Position numbers and translations under genes: made by a program
Shown here: positions 47,601 to 61,057 of the stretch, one piece after another
Layout: every line of letters begins with the position of its first letter
Numbering within the stretch: position 1 is the first letter of the stretch
DNA from: Blepharisma stoltei ATCC 30299
Lineage: Eukaryota > Protista > Ciliophora
DNA length: 64,000 nucleotides
NCBI GenBank assembly: GCA_965603825.1
Contig: CBFDEM010000040.1
Coordinates: forward strand, 558,001-622,000
Reading direction: 5' to 3'
Notes under the pieces: model-generated
Told to the model about the DNA's origin: nothing
Seen by the model: only the letters and a program-made list of their open reading frames with translations
Databases searched by the model: none

Positions 47601-50392
47601 TCCCCTAAATTTTGTGTTAAAAGGCTCCGGACATCTTTAATAGCTTGAACGTGATCTAAACTGTACTCTTTTCCAATTTTTTCAGAGTATAAAGCTAAGC
47701 TAGCAATTTCATCTAAAGTGTTTAGTGCTGAAAAAATCATGCTTTTAATGGCTCGTAGTTCTTCTGGGTCGTTGTTTTCTTTTTCTGACCGTATTCAATG
47801 CAGGTTTACAAAGTTCAGTTCATTTAGTTCTGACCGAATCATTATAACTTGCAGCGAGTTTGCTAGGAATTCGACTATATCGATTTTATTAAGCTGATTT
47901 GTGATCAAATCTAGATATTGTAGGTTCAAGCTCATAGCTACACCTTGTGGGAAAGAAAATTTATTGTATTTTTTAAACAAGACTGTCAAAAAGTCGAAAC
48001 CAAGCTTGGCTGCTCTCCATTTGTAAGAAATTGGCCAGTTCATGCATTCAGGGAGAACTTCACTGATCACAAATTTTAAGATTTCTCCAAGAAGCCCTGA
48101 GGAGTCGACTGGGAATTGGACTATAAAGCTGTTATCAGAAATAATATCAACACAAAGGTCTAGCAATGATATACTGGTCTCATAGTTTCCAGCTTCTCTT
48201 TCTGTCATCTGAAGCTTGTTAATATTCATAAATAGTGGGTGTGTATAAATATTGATCATTCCATACCTATCCTCTGAAATCTGTTTCAAAGCTAAAATCA
48301 TTGAGGAGTTTTCAGATTTTTGCCTTTCAAAATTAAGTTCTGCTTTTATTGCATCAATAATAAGTGACAAAGTCTCGAGTGGAGGCAGGGCTAGCTTGGC
48401 AAGCTCTATAAAAGTATCAAGCAGAAGTCTGCAGAGTTCGAGGTTAGGGGTTCCTTTTTGTTTATCGGTAACTTTTACGTCACTTGGGTTATTTGCAGGC
48501 TCTCTGAGGCCGAGTCTTTCGAGAATAGGGCCAATATTAGGTTGAAGGATAATTATGTGGCAAAGCAGGTTCATGTATTGGTTCAAGATATTTTCAGCGT
48601 TTGATACTTGGTTTCCATGCTTTAGGTTATTAAGCATGTCTTCCCAATACATAAATAAAACAGGCCACAGAGAATACCTAATTTCCCATCTTACAATGAC
48701 AGCATTAGAAGAGACTCTTTCAGCAGTGATATACCCTGTAGTTCCTTGTGGGATCTCTATTACTTGACTTTTCATGGAAACTGAAGCTACAACACGTCTT
48801 TCTCTTGGATCTGCTCCGCTGACATAAGCAATATTTTCTTCAAAGCTTGGATATGTAAAGGTTTCTAGATTGTCTAAATAATGCACAACTTCTTCAGCGT
48901 ATGAATTACTGCTATCCCCAACCAAAATGCTTACAAATTGTAAAAAGCCTTCAGGGTCATGGGGATACACTGCGCTTAAATCAGCAAGGATTGAGTAAAG
49001 TCCATTTTTATTAGGAAAATGTTCTCTCCAAAAATGGTTTAAAGCTTCATGGCATCCTTCTTTTTCTAAGCAAGCACATGTAACTTGGACTAATAGATCT
49101 TTACTTCTTTTTTCTGATAAGGCTTGCGATGCACTGATAGATGATACAAAATTTAGCATGATATATTTTAATGCACAAGAAAGCTCAGTCTGAGGTCCTG
49201 TGAAGGGAGATCTTTTTGTGATAACGTTAAGGAAATTCAATATATCAAATTTCATGATCAGCTCTGCAAGTGAATCTATGTCTAAAGCTGAGGTATTTAC
49301 GTATTGCTCTGGGAAAAGCCTCCCCCATGCAATCAAACACCATCATGCTAGCATAAACGGAGATATATGATCAGGTATGCGGTCTATCCGATCTGACAAT
49401 CCAATTAAGAAATCATGGATGCTTTTTAATTCAGCTTGATTTGCTAATAAATTAAAAGGATTTTTGTTAGGATTGAACTCAGGAATAGTCTGCTGCTCAG
49501 CAAAAATGTCTAATCTTATAGAAGAAAGCAAATGAAAAAGGCTCAGATCGCTGATCTGCTGTACAAACTCGTGATGCTTTGACCGATACTCCATAAGGTG
49601 GCTATCAGCTAGAATTGCTTTATAACTCCCTCTAAAATCCTGCTCCACATAAAGCTCAGCATACCCCAAAATCTGTGCAGCCGAGCAATGCGCAAAAGCA
49701 TAATTAATCGAAATCAAAAGCTCCAACAGTTCTTTTTCCTCATGCAAAATCTGCAAAAACCACTCTTCTCTCTCTAGTGGCGCATACACCTGGCTTGGGA
49801 TTTCTTTTTTGCATACCGCTTTATATTGATTTCATATCAAATCTTCCAATTTCTTCGTCATTTTAAGCTCAGATAAAAATTCAAGACAAACAGCTTGTCC
49901 TGGGTGTCCTTCAATTGTGGTATTCATAACAATCTGTGTCATTGTCCTGATAAGGTAAATTCTTTCTTTATAGTAAAGAGAAATGATCGGCCTGAACAAA
50001 TTCCCAAGCTCCTTTTGGACGAGTTCAGTTTCTTGAGACTTGACTCGCTCAAAAATTGAGTGATGGTTAATGAAAAATAATTCTGCTAATCGGAATGTCT
50101 GCTCCTGGTTTAAATTAAGCTTTAAGGAAAGCTGGTTTAAAAAGTTCTTCATTGTGGCGGAAAGAGGTTGTGTCCCAGCCCATTTAAGTTCGCTTTCTAG
50201 CTTTCGAGCTGATTGGTCATTAGGATAGCGGTAGAAATCAAGAAGATTTGTTAGTTTGCTTTTGATGACCTCATCATTTAGTGCTGAACGGATTTTGTGC
50301 TCGTCATGATGATACACGCCGCGACACACCAAATCATAAATTTCTTCATTATTGTCCCGGAATGCTGAGACAAACTCTAATGAGTCTGACAT
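44672..50392 (-). CDS. NUP188: Nucleoporin Nup188-like alpha-solenoid protein (1906 aa)
   Basis: Four ORFs in one frame joined by TGA at 49832, 49343 and 47795. LSLKLNLNQEQT, YYKERIYL and EWFLQILHEEKELLELL resemble the Nup188 N-terminus, and the size fits. Confidence 0.72.
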
Positions 50393-50514
50393 TTTTTATA
50401 GCGAACACATGAAAAATTTTGAATTCTATTTTACTGCCTATTTTTCATATTAGAAATGGGGTGTTTAAATATCTAAATTAAAAATTTCTTTATGGATCGT
50501 TATAATAATTTCAA

Positions 50515-51381
50515 ATGAACCAAGATTCAGACTTATCTTTACGAGTAAAGCGACCTAGACCTTCAAATGATTTCTATGAAAGCATGATGTGCCTTATCTG
50601 CTCTGATTTTTTTAAGCCTCCAATAGTCCAATGCAATAAAGGCCATAGCTACTGTCAGTCGTGTGTACAAAAAACAGGATCACTGTTAGAACAAAAGAAA
50701 TCATGCGCAGTCTGCAGATCGCCGATTTTATTAGAATTAAGAAATTATCAATTAGAGCAGCTCCTTGATAAATTCACAGTCCAATGCACTCACAGCTTAA
50801 AAGGCTGCAGCAAAGTTGTTACGTTATCACAAAGGCCGGAACACGAAAAAATGTGCGAGTTCAGGCCACAGATATCTTGCTATTATAAAGAATTCAAGAA
50901 TTGTCAGTGGAAAGGAGACTCGGGGGACTTGGCGGAACATTTGACTCAAGCTCATGATGTGCAAGAATTGGTGAGAGGAATGCTGTTTAGGTATCTATGG
51001 AACCCTCCGAATGAGCATATATGAAGATATAGATATAGAGTTTTAAAACAAGTGATAGGGGGCGATTCTGAGCCCTTTACATTTATTTTGGAGCATTATT
51101 ATTCTTCAGATGATAAGCTGTTATGCTTTTTGATAAGATCTCCAGATACAGATGTTAAGAAAAGATATAGGATATCGATCTTAAACCGCAATGATGAGGC
51201 CAATAAAATAGCTTTTGAAGGTGTAACTCTTAATTTTGAAGAATTCGGACATATAAAAGATTTCTCCAAAGGAGACTTGACAAAAATGCTGCTTGTTACT
51301 TATCAACAAATCATGAGTTTTTCTTTTGTTTGTGAAGAAGATCAGGCAGTATATTTTTCCATACAAATACAATTTTTCTAA
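50515..51381 (+). CDS. SINA/SIAH-type RING E3 ubiquitin ligase (288 aa)
   Basis: CLIC..PPIVQCNKGHSYCQSC..CAVCR..RNYQLE, SIAH zinc fingers; TGA at 51022-51024. Confidence 0.88.
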
Positions 51382-51654
51382 ACAAATTAATTTTTCTTCT
51401 GGGATTTTTTCATTAATTTTGGGTTAGTAAATATACGTAATAAATTCTTTTCAGATAAAGAAAATTGTGTATTTTTATAATTCTTAGGATTATTTTTTTC
51501 TTTTTAAAAATAAATACCTAAGGCATCAAAATAAAAAATAATAAATGATGCCTGTTACTTTCGATAACCAATAAGTGCACTGAATACTTAAGAAAATAAG
51601 CAAATAATGCCAATATTTATTTAAATTCTTTCAAAAACGTAATAAACAATCAGC

Positions 51655-54654
51655 ATGTCAAAAGATCTAACTCCTCAATTAATTGGTACATCTATCTTGC
51701 CCAAGCCTTCCCCCCGAACACCAACTTCTACTCGAAATACAAAATCAGCTGGACTTAACCATTCTACTTCTTCTTTTTCAAGAGTGATATCCCAAAGATC
51801 TAACTATCCCCCAGTCCGAACTGCCAATTCAACTCGGGGTCAAGTCCAATCTCTCTATTCTCCTCGCAATATGAGTTTTGGAACCACCACTTATGGTGCT
51901 GAGCTTGGGCTAATACGTCCAGGCTCCACATACAAGAAAACTACCGTTGATTACTTATTAATGCATCAGACTCTAAAGCCTGAGCGACTATCAGAAAACC
52001 AAACCCCATCTGTACAGTTTATGAAAACCTTTGACGAATGCAGAGATTTAAGCTCTGCCCAAGAAGCAAAAAGACAGAACCTAGAAGTACGAATTATATA
52101 GAAATTAGTTGACAAAAACTGAGAAATGAATTTATTCCAAAGCATTTCTAGTGCATTTCAGTCGTTTACACATGAAGTAATATCTAGTTAGACTCTACAT
52201 GCAGAGTATTTTGTAGGCGAAAGCAAAAAAGATGTGCTGAAAACCCTGCTTTATATTGAAAATCTATTTTTTAAATTGGGAGAACATATGTATAAACTTA
52301 TTGATGAGAAAAATACCAAAATAAAATCACTTGAAGCTATATGTGAGAAATTTGATGAAAATAACAAAATACTAGGACAAACGTCTTCAGAACTAAAAGA
52401 AATCAAAGGGAAAAATGACTCTATTGCCAAGAAAAACGCTGAAGAAGTAATATATTTTGAAATAAGGGAAAGAGCATGGAACAAAGAAAAAGCTCAGCTA
52501 GAAAATCGAATTGAGATGCTGGTAGAAAAGCTAGAAGGATATAAAGACGTTAAATCCAACGACGATATCAATTCTGAGCTGAGCAGACATGCGAATATTT
52601 TGGAAGAAAATATTGTTGAGTATAAAAAAAAGGTCGAATCTCTAAAAAATGTCATAAGTAAGCTTCAGCTTGAGCTTGGGCTTGCAAAAACAGAAATAAG
52701 TGAAAAAATGTCATTTTTTAATCAATTCAGCGAAATCAAGAGAGGGCTAGAAGATGTGATTGCAGAGCATAAAGAAAATGAAGCAGCTTTGGAAAGTAAA
52801 ATAGAATGGCTAAAAGAAAGTATTTATATGCAAAAGGAAGATCTAGAAGTTTATAAGAAATACAGGTATAAATACCAGCAACTCAAAATCACGCATCATA
52901 CTACAACCCAAAAATTGCATAATTTAGAAATGAACATAATGCTTGGGAATTTTCACAATGCTGGGCAGAACGGAGATACAATTATATCCTTAAAAGACCC
53001 GATATTTTCCCCTGTGAGAGAGCCAGTCACATTTGAAAGAGGCTATTTTCGAAGGACGACTAACAAAGAATTCAGCTCAGCCCCTGACGCTTCTTTACAA
53101 AGATCAGAGAGCATCATTCAAAAAGAGTCTTTAGCTAAACAAAAATTTAAACAAGAAGTTTCACTAGACGGTTTAATTGAGCTTGTAAAACACAATAGAC
53201 CTACCTATTCATCTCTAGTATCAATTCCTACAGGAAATACTGCGACCTTTTCTCCTCCTTTCGAAGACTGGCTTGAAATAACTATAAGAGGTATTTTTGA
53301 TTCAAAATATTATGAGCACTTAATGTGCTCAAAAGAAACTGGAAAAATCCCTTCAAGTTTTCCTGAATTTGTCTATGCGTGGCTTGGAGCATTCTATGTA
53401 GACGAAAGAACAAGGAACGTAAAAGAGCTTGAATGGCACAAAAAAGACCACGCAAATGAGTTCAGATTGAGCATTTTGCTAGGCTTGTGTGCGAGACCGA
53501 CTAATAAAATATGAGAAATATTCACTTTTAAAGAGTTTCTTTTAGAAGATATGGGTATTGACGAGCTTGCATTTTTCTTGCATTGCAGGTTTGCACTGTT
53601 TGGAGGCCCTCAACTTTGCCACTCAAGTGGGAGGTTTTCTAATTTCCATTACCTTGGGTTTGATAAGGTTTCTTCTGTGGTCGACATGCTCATGGCAAAT
53701 CTTCCTACAGCAAGCGTTACTGAGCTAAAAAACATTTTAAGGCAAAAATGCAGAGACCAAAATGGCGCTCTTACTATAGAAAGTTCTCTTGTGCTACGAG
53801 TTATGCTGGAATATTACCGAAATGAAAAATCCTTTAAAATTCGAGTCATAAATGATTTATTTGAACAAAACGCAAGAGAAAACGAGCAAGCGCAAATGAA
53901 CTTTGAAAACTTCAAATACCTTGTGAAAAACATTGATTTACAAATCCCTGAGTCAAGAATTGCTAAGCTCTTCAGAGACTCCTGGGCAATCGGAAATTCA
54001 AAAATAACTGCTGGATCATTTCTAGCAGCTGCAAATGAAAATGGGTTCTTTTTTCATCATTTAAGGCTAAAAGGAATCTACTCTAAGCCAGCAACAGATC
54101 AATATGGCATTATTGATCCAAACGCTGATGCTTTTTCGTCATTTTGGTATAAAATTGAGACATCGTGAAAATCAATGAATAAAGACATAGAAATGATAAA
54201 GGAAATTGTGGGTGAAATGGGAGTCCCAGATTTATCAGCAAATCTGTCTAAATTTGAAATGATACTCAATAGAAAAGGAACAATTTCAAAAGAAGATAAT
54301 GGGAACTGGCATATCGGGGATATTTTTAGGCATTATTGGTATATGGTTATCCAAATTCAGCTAGCACTAAGTGAATGCAATTATTTTAGCTTAAATCTAG
54401 GATCTGATAGAGAATCTAGAGAAAGAGAAATGATTGAAATAACTTTGGGATGCCAAACCTTTATTAAGAAAGTGTATGAAATGAATATAAAGAGAGTGTC
54501 AGCGAAGATCATGCTAAGAAAGGTGCAGAATAAATGGAAAAATATTAAAAGAGATAAGCAAAATCGATTGGTGAATAGAATATTCAAAGAAATTGGTAAA
54601 ATTCAGAAATCTGGAAAGACTTCTCTCGCAGGGTTGTTGGCTAAGCATAATTAA
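51655..54654 (+). CDS. Large coiled-coil protein with an EF-hand-like C-terminal region (989 aa); introns 52087-52101, 52177-52191
   Basis: Two 15-nt introns (GTACGAATTATATAG, GTAATATCTAGTTAG) plus TGA=Trp join four ORFs. Confidence 0.72.
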
Positions 54655-54758
54655 AGTAAAATATTTATTTTCGTGATCAAAATACGATTCTTTAATTTTA
54701 AATGCTAGAAAAATATATAAAACAGAGCATTTTAAAAGCATTTAAGATTGATAATTAT

Positions 54759-55274
54759 TTAATTATTTGTTTTAGCATCCATCGCAAATGGAAATTCGCA
54801 TACTCTAAGTCATTCATCTTCTTCAATTCCAAGTTTAATAAATTCAGTCAAAGAATCAAATTCTGAGCCTGATAAATTTACATAGCTTGATGCGATAGCA
54901 ATGCAGCAAAGTTTCATCAGAACTATAATTTCAAGTTTATGTGCTGCAAGAGCTAATTTAAGTAAATCTTCCTCTGATAAGCTTTTAAAAAATGCTCTAT
55001 CAAAATCCTTTAGTATAATTTCATCAAGGTTACGAGTTTTCAAAGGAAAGTCTATTTGCTCTGGAGAGATAAAATCGTGAAACTTGCAAAATTCAATTAT
55101 TTTGCTTAAGGTTGTGGTGTCAATTTCTAGATGTTCCAAAGAGATCTCATGCTCCAAGTTTGGCATTTGCTGAAGGACTTCGGAGTAGTTGAGAATTATG
55201 ATCGGGATTGTAAATAGGTCTCCATCCCAGCTTAAAATTTTGATATTTTCGAGATCTGAATGGTTTTCCATCAT
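54759..55274 (-). CDS. Divergent Skp1-like protein (171 aa)
   Basis: IKILSWDGDLF, TLSKIIEFCKFH, FDRAFF, LALAAHKLEI..LCC..IA; reads through TGA 54810 to TAA 54759. Confidence 0.82.
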
Positions 55275-55767
55275 TACTCTAAAAGTTTTTAAAATATTCT
55301 ATTTTAGATATGGAAAATACTTTTTCTATAGACCAAAGTCACAAAAAGTGAAATTATCCATAGTGAGCTATTTTGGGCTTCTTATCTATTAAAGATCTTT
55401 CTTGAAAGTATGTCTTTGGATTTCTTGAGTATGCAGCGATTTCCGGTATAATAATTATTTTCGAACAAATAGGACAGCTACAATAGTGCTTTCCATAAAA
55501 TATAAAATATTTGCTTCTCATAAAAATCTTAAATATAGTTTATCTAAAATTGAACCATATAAAGTGCGCAAAAATCTAAGAAATATTTATTTATTTAAAT
55601 GAAATGGCTAATTGCATCAAATTAGCAATCTTAATTTTTAATCAAAATTTGAGCTCGACACCAAATTCAGTCAAATCCAAAAACCTTTGTCTCTATTGTT
55701 TATATTTCATCTATTGGGGAACAAATTCCTGGTATGGGCACTATTTGTCTTTAAATATGAACGTTAA

Positions 55768-56328
55768 ATGTCTGAGCAGAGTCAAAAGATAAGTTATCCA
55801 AATGCAATCAAGAAAAGAGTAGACGGCGATTGAAACTGTCCCAACTGTTCCAATTTGAACTTTTCTTTCAGAAGTACCTGCAATAGATGTGGTTATACAG
55901 AAAAGCTAATGCCAACATTCAATGCTTTTCTCTACATGAGTGCTCCTTCTTTAGAAGAAACCTCAGCTATATCATGCGACGCTGAAAATCCTCCGCCAAG
56001 ACTAGATTTTTCTCAATTGCCTTCAATTTCTCCCTTTCTAAGAGAAAAGTGCCTACAAGCTAGAATTGAGATTAATCCTGTAACAAAGCGCTGCTTGAAA
56101 TTTGACAATGAAGTTGCAAAAGAAGACAAATCAAATGAAAACACTCCAAATCCCAAGCCAAAAACCAAAACAAAAGCGAAAAAGCACAAAAAATCTGGCT
56201 CGTTGACTGTTCATATTAAAAAGCCTGCTAGAGAAAAAGAGGGGGATTGAATTTGCCTTAAATGCAATAACTGGAATTTCGCGTTTCGCTCAGAATGCAA
56301 TATATGTAAAGAATCAAAAGAAAAGTAA
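55768..56328 (+). CDS. Protein with two RanBP2-type zinc fingers (186 aa)
   Basis: GD(TGA)NCPNCSNLNFSFRSTCNRC and GD(TGA)ICLKCNNWNFAFRSECNIC. Confidence 0.9.
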
Positions 56329-56457
56329 CTTGATCTATTTAACTTATTTAAAAATAACTGGAATTTGAATGAATTATTATGCTCTTATAATATAACTAAA
56401 TTTGTGAGTAAAAGATGTTTGTTTTCGTATTACAGAATTTTGCATCTTAGAATAATT

Positions 56458-56900
56458 ATGAAAGCATTATTTGGGCCATATCTTTTTGGCAAAGCAGGCT
56501 TGGTAGAATCCCACATCCTGGATCTTCAGCCACTTATTCTTTTGTATTTTTCGTCTAGCACTTGATTTCCTTGTAGAGAGTTCACTCCGAAACTCATAGA
56601 CTTTTACAATAAAGTAAATACACCAACAAAGCAAGCTGAAATAGTTCTTATTCCTTGAGATATGAATGAGACTGATTAGATTCATCTGAAAAAATGCCTT
56701 GGCTTACAGTTTCACATGGTGATCTTCCTCTCAAGCGGTTTTTGAGTGAAAAATATAAAATCCTAACAAGCCCTGCATTGGTGCTAATTGATAAAGATGG
56801 AAATGCATTGAATACAAATTGCAGATGAGAATTGGAGCAAAAGGGAGTTGAAGCCCTGAAAGGGTGGCTAGAGCTAGTGGCTAAAGCACAAACTAAATAA
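56458..56900 (+). pseudogene. Nucleoredoxin/tryparedoxin-like pseudogene
   Basis: Paralog of 57701..58147 but 4 nt shorter (frameshift and TAG near 56677). The active site WCPPC is changed to T(TGA)FPC. Confidence 0.8.
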
Positions 56901-57700
56901 GAGATTTCATTTATTTATTGCAGCATGAAAATGACACAAAATAAATTGTTGATTGTGATTTTTATATTTAATTGGTCAAGATGGAGGCTAATTATCGACG
57001 AGCAGCTTTTTAAAGAGTGCCAGATTTCCCTGCAATTTTTTTCATTGAGTAATGCGCGTCCATCAGGTCATCGGGTAGAACTCGCTTGCTAAGGATTTGA
57101 AACGTTATTATGTCAAAACTTAAATAGAGGTGGAAGCTGCTGGAGTCATTGTGTGGCCTCAAATTGAAGTTAGGAAGAGTTGTCCTAGACAAAAAGATTT
57201 TAAAGAACTCCATAATCTGTGACTGAAGGAGCATCAATGAAGCCAATACACCCATTCATGAGAAATCAGTAAGAGCCCTGCCAATTAAGAAATTAAGAAA
57301 AACTGGTCGTATGACTGATAGCAAGCTTTACTGAGGCAAGAGTATCTAGGGCTAAGACTTAGAGGAAATCACAATGCTGCTCTGTAACCAAACTAACTTA
57401 AATTTAGTTCTTAAATCCATTTAATATTGGATTTATTTAATATGTAGCTCATCTGCTTTTATTCTCATTTCTATAATCTATTGTTTCTCAATAAGCATTG
57501 CATTTTTATCCAGAAGTTTATTGCTCTTTCCATGCATTAAAATGCAATATTCTAAAACAAAAGAAAAGTATTTGATATATTTAGTTATTTAAAAAACTGT
57601 AATTTGAATAAACTATTAAACCCTGCTCATATAAATAAATCCGTGATTATATTCTTGCATTTACCATAACTTTATCAATTAACATCATCCTAACATAAAT

Positions 57701-58147
57701 ATGAAAGCATTGCTTGGGTCACATCTTTTAAGCAAAACAGGCTTGATCGGATCCCAGATTTTAGATTCTCAGCCACTTATTCTTTTGTATTTTTCTGCTA
57801 GCTGGTGTCCTCCTTGCAGACAATTTACCCCCACACTCATAGACTTTTACAATAAAGTGAATACACCAAAAAAGCAAGCAGAAGTAGTGCTTATTCCTGC
57901 AGACAGGACTGAAGAAGACTTTATAGATTACTATGAAAAAATGCCTTGGCTTTCAGTTCCATTCGCTAATGCTTCTGTTAAGCAGCTTTTGGGCGAAAAA
58001 TATAAAGTCCAAACGATACCTACATTGGTGCTCACTGATAAAGATGGGAATGCATTGAATACGAACTGCAGATGGGAAGTTGTACAAAAAGGAGTTGAAG
58101 CACTGAAAGGGTGGGAAGAGCTAGTCGCCAAAACAAAAACTAAATAG
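57701..58147 (+). CDS. Nucleoredoxin/tryparedoxin-like thioredoxin
   Basis: LYFSASWCPPCRQFTP, MPWLSVPF and IPTLV motifs. Confidence 0.93.
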   Translation: MKALLGSHLLSKTGLIGSQILDSQPLILLYFSASWCPPCRQFTPTLIDFYNKVNTPKKQAEVVLIPADRTEEDFIDYYEKMPWLSVPFANASVKQLLGEKYKVQTIPTLVLTDKDGNALNTNCRWEVVQKGVEALKGWEELVAKTKTK

Positions 58148-59022
58148 GAGAATTTAAATTAACTTAGCCAGAATTAAAGCGATATTGAAAAGGCTTTTTG
58201 CTGCTCTTTTGCTATTTCTCTCAAAATTTTAACTTAATTTGGAGCAAAAACTTACAGATGATGGATCAAAACATCAACAAAATGCACCTTTTATATTTCA
58301 TTTAAATAAATAAGTTCATTTAAAGTTTTTATTATGCAATTGCATTATCAGCATTTTTCTGAATTTTAAAAATTCGGCATTAAATGCCCTTTAAACTTTT
58401 TTGCTGAATTTTATTTGTTTCTTCCATCTCATCAGCCAATAATGCATCTAATGGAAGGTCTTTAGGGAGAATAGTATCTCTTTTATTGTCTCCTGACACT
58501 TTTATATGCTCCAAAAGAATAGATTTCTTATCTTTGGCTATACAAGCTACTCTTCTAAGATAATATCCATATGACACTAATCTCAACTATAGTAATTTGA
58601 AAAAGCACTCCATTTAAAATTTTAATAGTAAAAACTGCCCTCTAAGTTTCATTAAGAACGTCACAAGTTTAATCTTAATAAATTTAGTTTCTTTATATTA
58701 AGCCTAATATATCTCTCGAGCATCATGGGACTGCAAAATATCTTAAAGGATATAAAATAGTAAATTTAAAATAATTTAGCAACAAAATTCTGCTAGCTTT
58801 ATCAAAAGCACTTCTCGATTCCTCATTCACTAAACTTGTGCATTTTCTACAATATAAAGTCCTCACATAACATTTTGACTATTTTATTATACCGGCACGT
58901 TTCTGATGCTTATTATACCCTCAATAATATTATAATTAACACCCCCAAACAAAAAGACTAATTTTAATTCTAGTCGAAAAATATCTAGACAATTCTACAC
59001 AATAAATATAAATTCCTTTACT

Positions 59023-59358
59023 TTAAAACATTTGGCAAGAGCAGCACCATTTTCCATCACCATGAGATTCAGGCCTAGTAATAGAAGTTTTGATAATATG
59101 AACATGTATAGGTATAGGGACATTTGTATCAGGCAGTGAGTAGTCTCTTAGCTTCTGATCATCTTGCAGCTCTTTCCCCATGCAAAAAAATCGCAGACTG
59201 TCAACTTTTTCTCTAGAAATCTGATCCTGAGGCCAGCGCTTTGACAATAAATCTTGCTTAACACTTCTGATCTATTTATTTTTTACAGTCAGTTCGCCAG
59301 AGATCTCAGCTTCAAGTTTTTGTGAGGAATTTGGGAAGATAAAACAGACACTTGCCAT
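59023..59358 (-). CDS. Membrane-anchored ubiquitin-fold protein (MUB/UBL3-like); intron 59272-59286
   Basis: ATG 59358. After splicing: VKQDLLSKRWP..LRFFCMGKELQD; ends CCSCQMF (CaaX-type). Confidence 0.82.
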
Positions 59359-59402
59359 TTATGAAAGAAGTATGAAATTAGATTATAAATAGCTAGCATT
59401 TT

Positions 59403-60968
59403 TTAATTATCCCAACTGTCCCAGTTTCTATCAACTCCTTGTGGGTTCAAGCCTTGAGAGGGTGCTTCTTGGTATTTTTGAGGCTTTTGTACTGGTGGTT
59501 GGCTCCAGGAATCTTGTTGGCCACCCCATGGGTTTTGGGATTTTGACGGGTAATTTTGATATTCTTCAGAGGCATACGATTGAGTATAAGGACTAGCTCT
59601 TGCTTGGGCTTGTGGAGGATAACTTTCTTCATTTTGATATCGACTCGATGAATCTTGGTAGCCTCTAGATCCAGAATAAGGATCATCCCTTTTAAGTGGG
59701 TTATATGCAGGGTTACGAGGCTCAGTCTGAAACTGCGATCGTTGCTCATACCGTGGAATTTCTTTACGTTGCGGCTCTTGATATCCATACCCTTCTTCTC
59801 GATTGTAGCTTGTTTGACCCCTAGATCTATCAAAATTGCTTACAGGCTCACCAGATGGTTTTGAGCCATAAGGGTCTCTGTAACCAGAGGCTTCATTTTG
59901 ATAGTCTGCAGTATACTTGGGCTGATTATAAGTTGATGATGGTTCTCCCCATTGATTTTGGTTAGATTTTCTTGGGTTTGCATATTGATTAGTTTCAATA
60001 GGAGACGGTTGCCTATAATTATCTTTTGGAGGTTGGTAGTATTCTTGGCCTTGTCTTAAATTGTAACTGCTACCAGAACTAGGAACTTCGCCTATTCTTT
60101 CTCTTCTGATTTGGTTCGGATCTTCACGAATGTCAGTACTACTCTTAAAAGCCTGCACTTCTTCTTCTCTTCTATACGGATCAGGCTCCCTATAATTTGT
60201 CTCTTTATAATCACTATTTCCTTGTAGTCTTTTAGGGTCACTATAATTATCTCTATAAAGCTCTTCATCTCTCACTTGTCGAGGAGGCGGCAAAGTCCTG
60301 AAATCGCTTTCTTTTGGCTGGAAATCAACATCATCAGGATGTGAAGGAAATTCTTCCAATACATTGTAACCTCCTTTTGTCATTGGCTTAGTACTAGTCC
60401 TTGGCTCTTGATAAGTCCCTCTATCTTGATTTGGCAATCTTTGATCATAAGTATTGGTTTGCTGAGGATTGGGATAATACTTATCATCTTGATATCCAGA
60501 TGGGTTTTGTGGATCTGGATATATATGATCAGCATCTCTTATATTATGAGGAACATCAGAGTCAATAGGTCCTCTAGGCCTATCTAAAGGCCTAAGAACA
60601 GCTTGTAAAGCTACGCATCATAGGTTGTGCATGTTTACTGATTCTGAATACAGCACGTACATTCTCATTCTAGTTTCAACATTAAAGGCAAATTTTCATT
60701 CACAAATTTGAGTAACTCTGGGATTTGGCACAACTGATATTATATCAGAGATTGAGTGGCTGACTTCTGTCTTGGGAGAACCTTGCTTTCGCGAATAAGA
60801 AAACGTGCCTAAATTTAAATCTAAAACAAACCATCTCTTGGTGAATTTTGAAAAGATCCTGCCTTTTGCGTTCTGGCCTTTGAGTTTTTGCAAAAAGCTT
60901 TCTACTTTCCTCGGGCCCTACATTAAGTTTACTTTGTAATTAGGATCAATTTCCACTTTTGCCAGCAT
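59403..60968 (-). CDS. PH-domain protein with a long low-complexity tail (516 aa); intron 60918-60932
   Basis: FTKRWFVLD..FSY; the invariant PH-helix Trp is encoded by TGA (HNL*CVAL). Confidence 0.82.
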
Positions 60969-61057
60969 TTTTGTGAATTATTAATAATTTCATATAATTT
61001 CAGATAATTTAAAGAAAAATCAATTAATTTCTCTTTCGTTATTATAATAAAGAAGTT

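Noticed and set aside
58160-58613. Minus-strand 68-aa ORF 58380..58586 and flanks
   Set aside because: The upstream ATG (58613) is cut off by an in-frame TAG with no valid micro-intron, and there is no recognisable motif. At most a gene relic.
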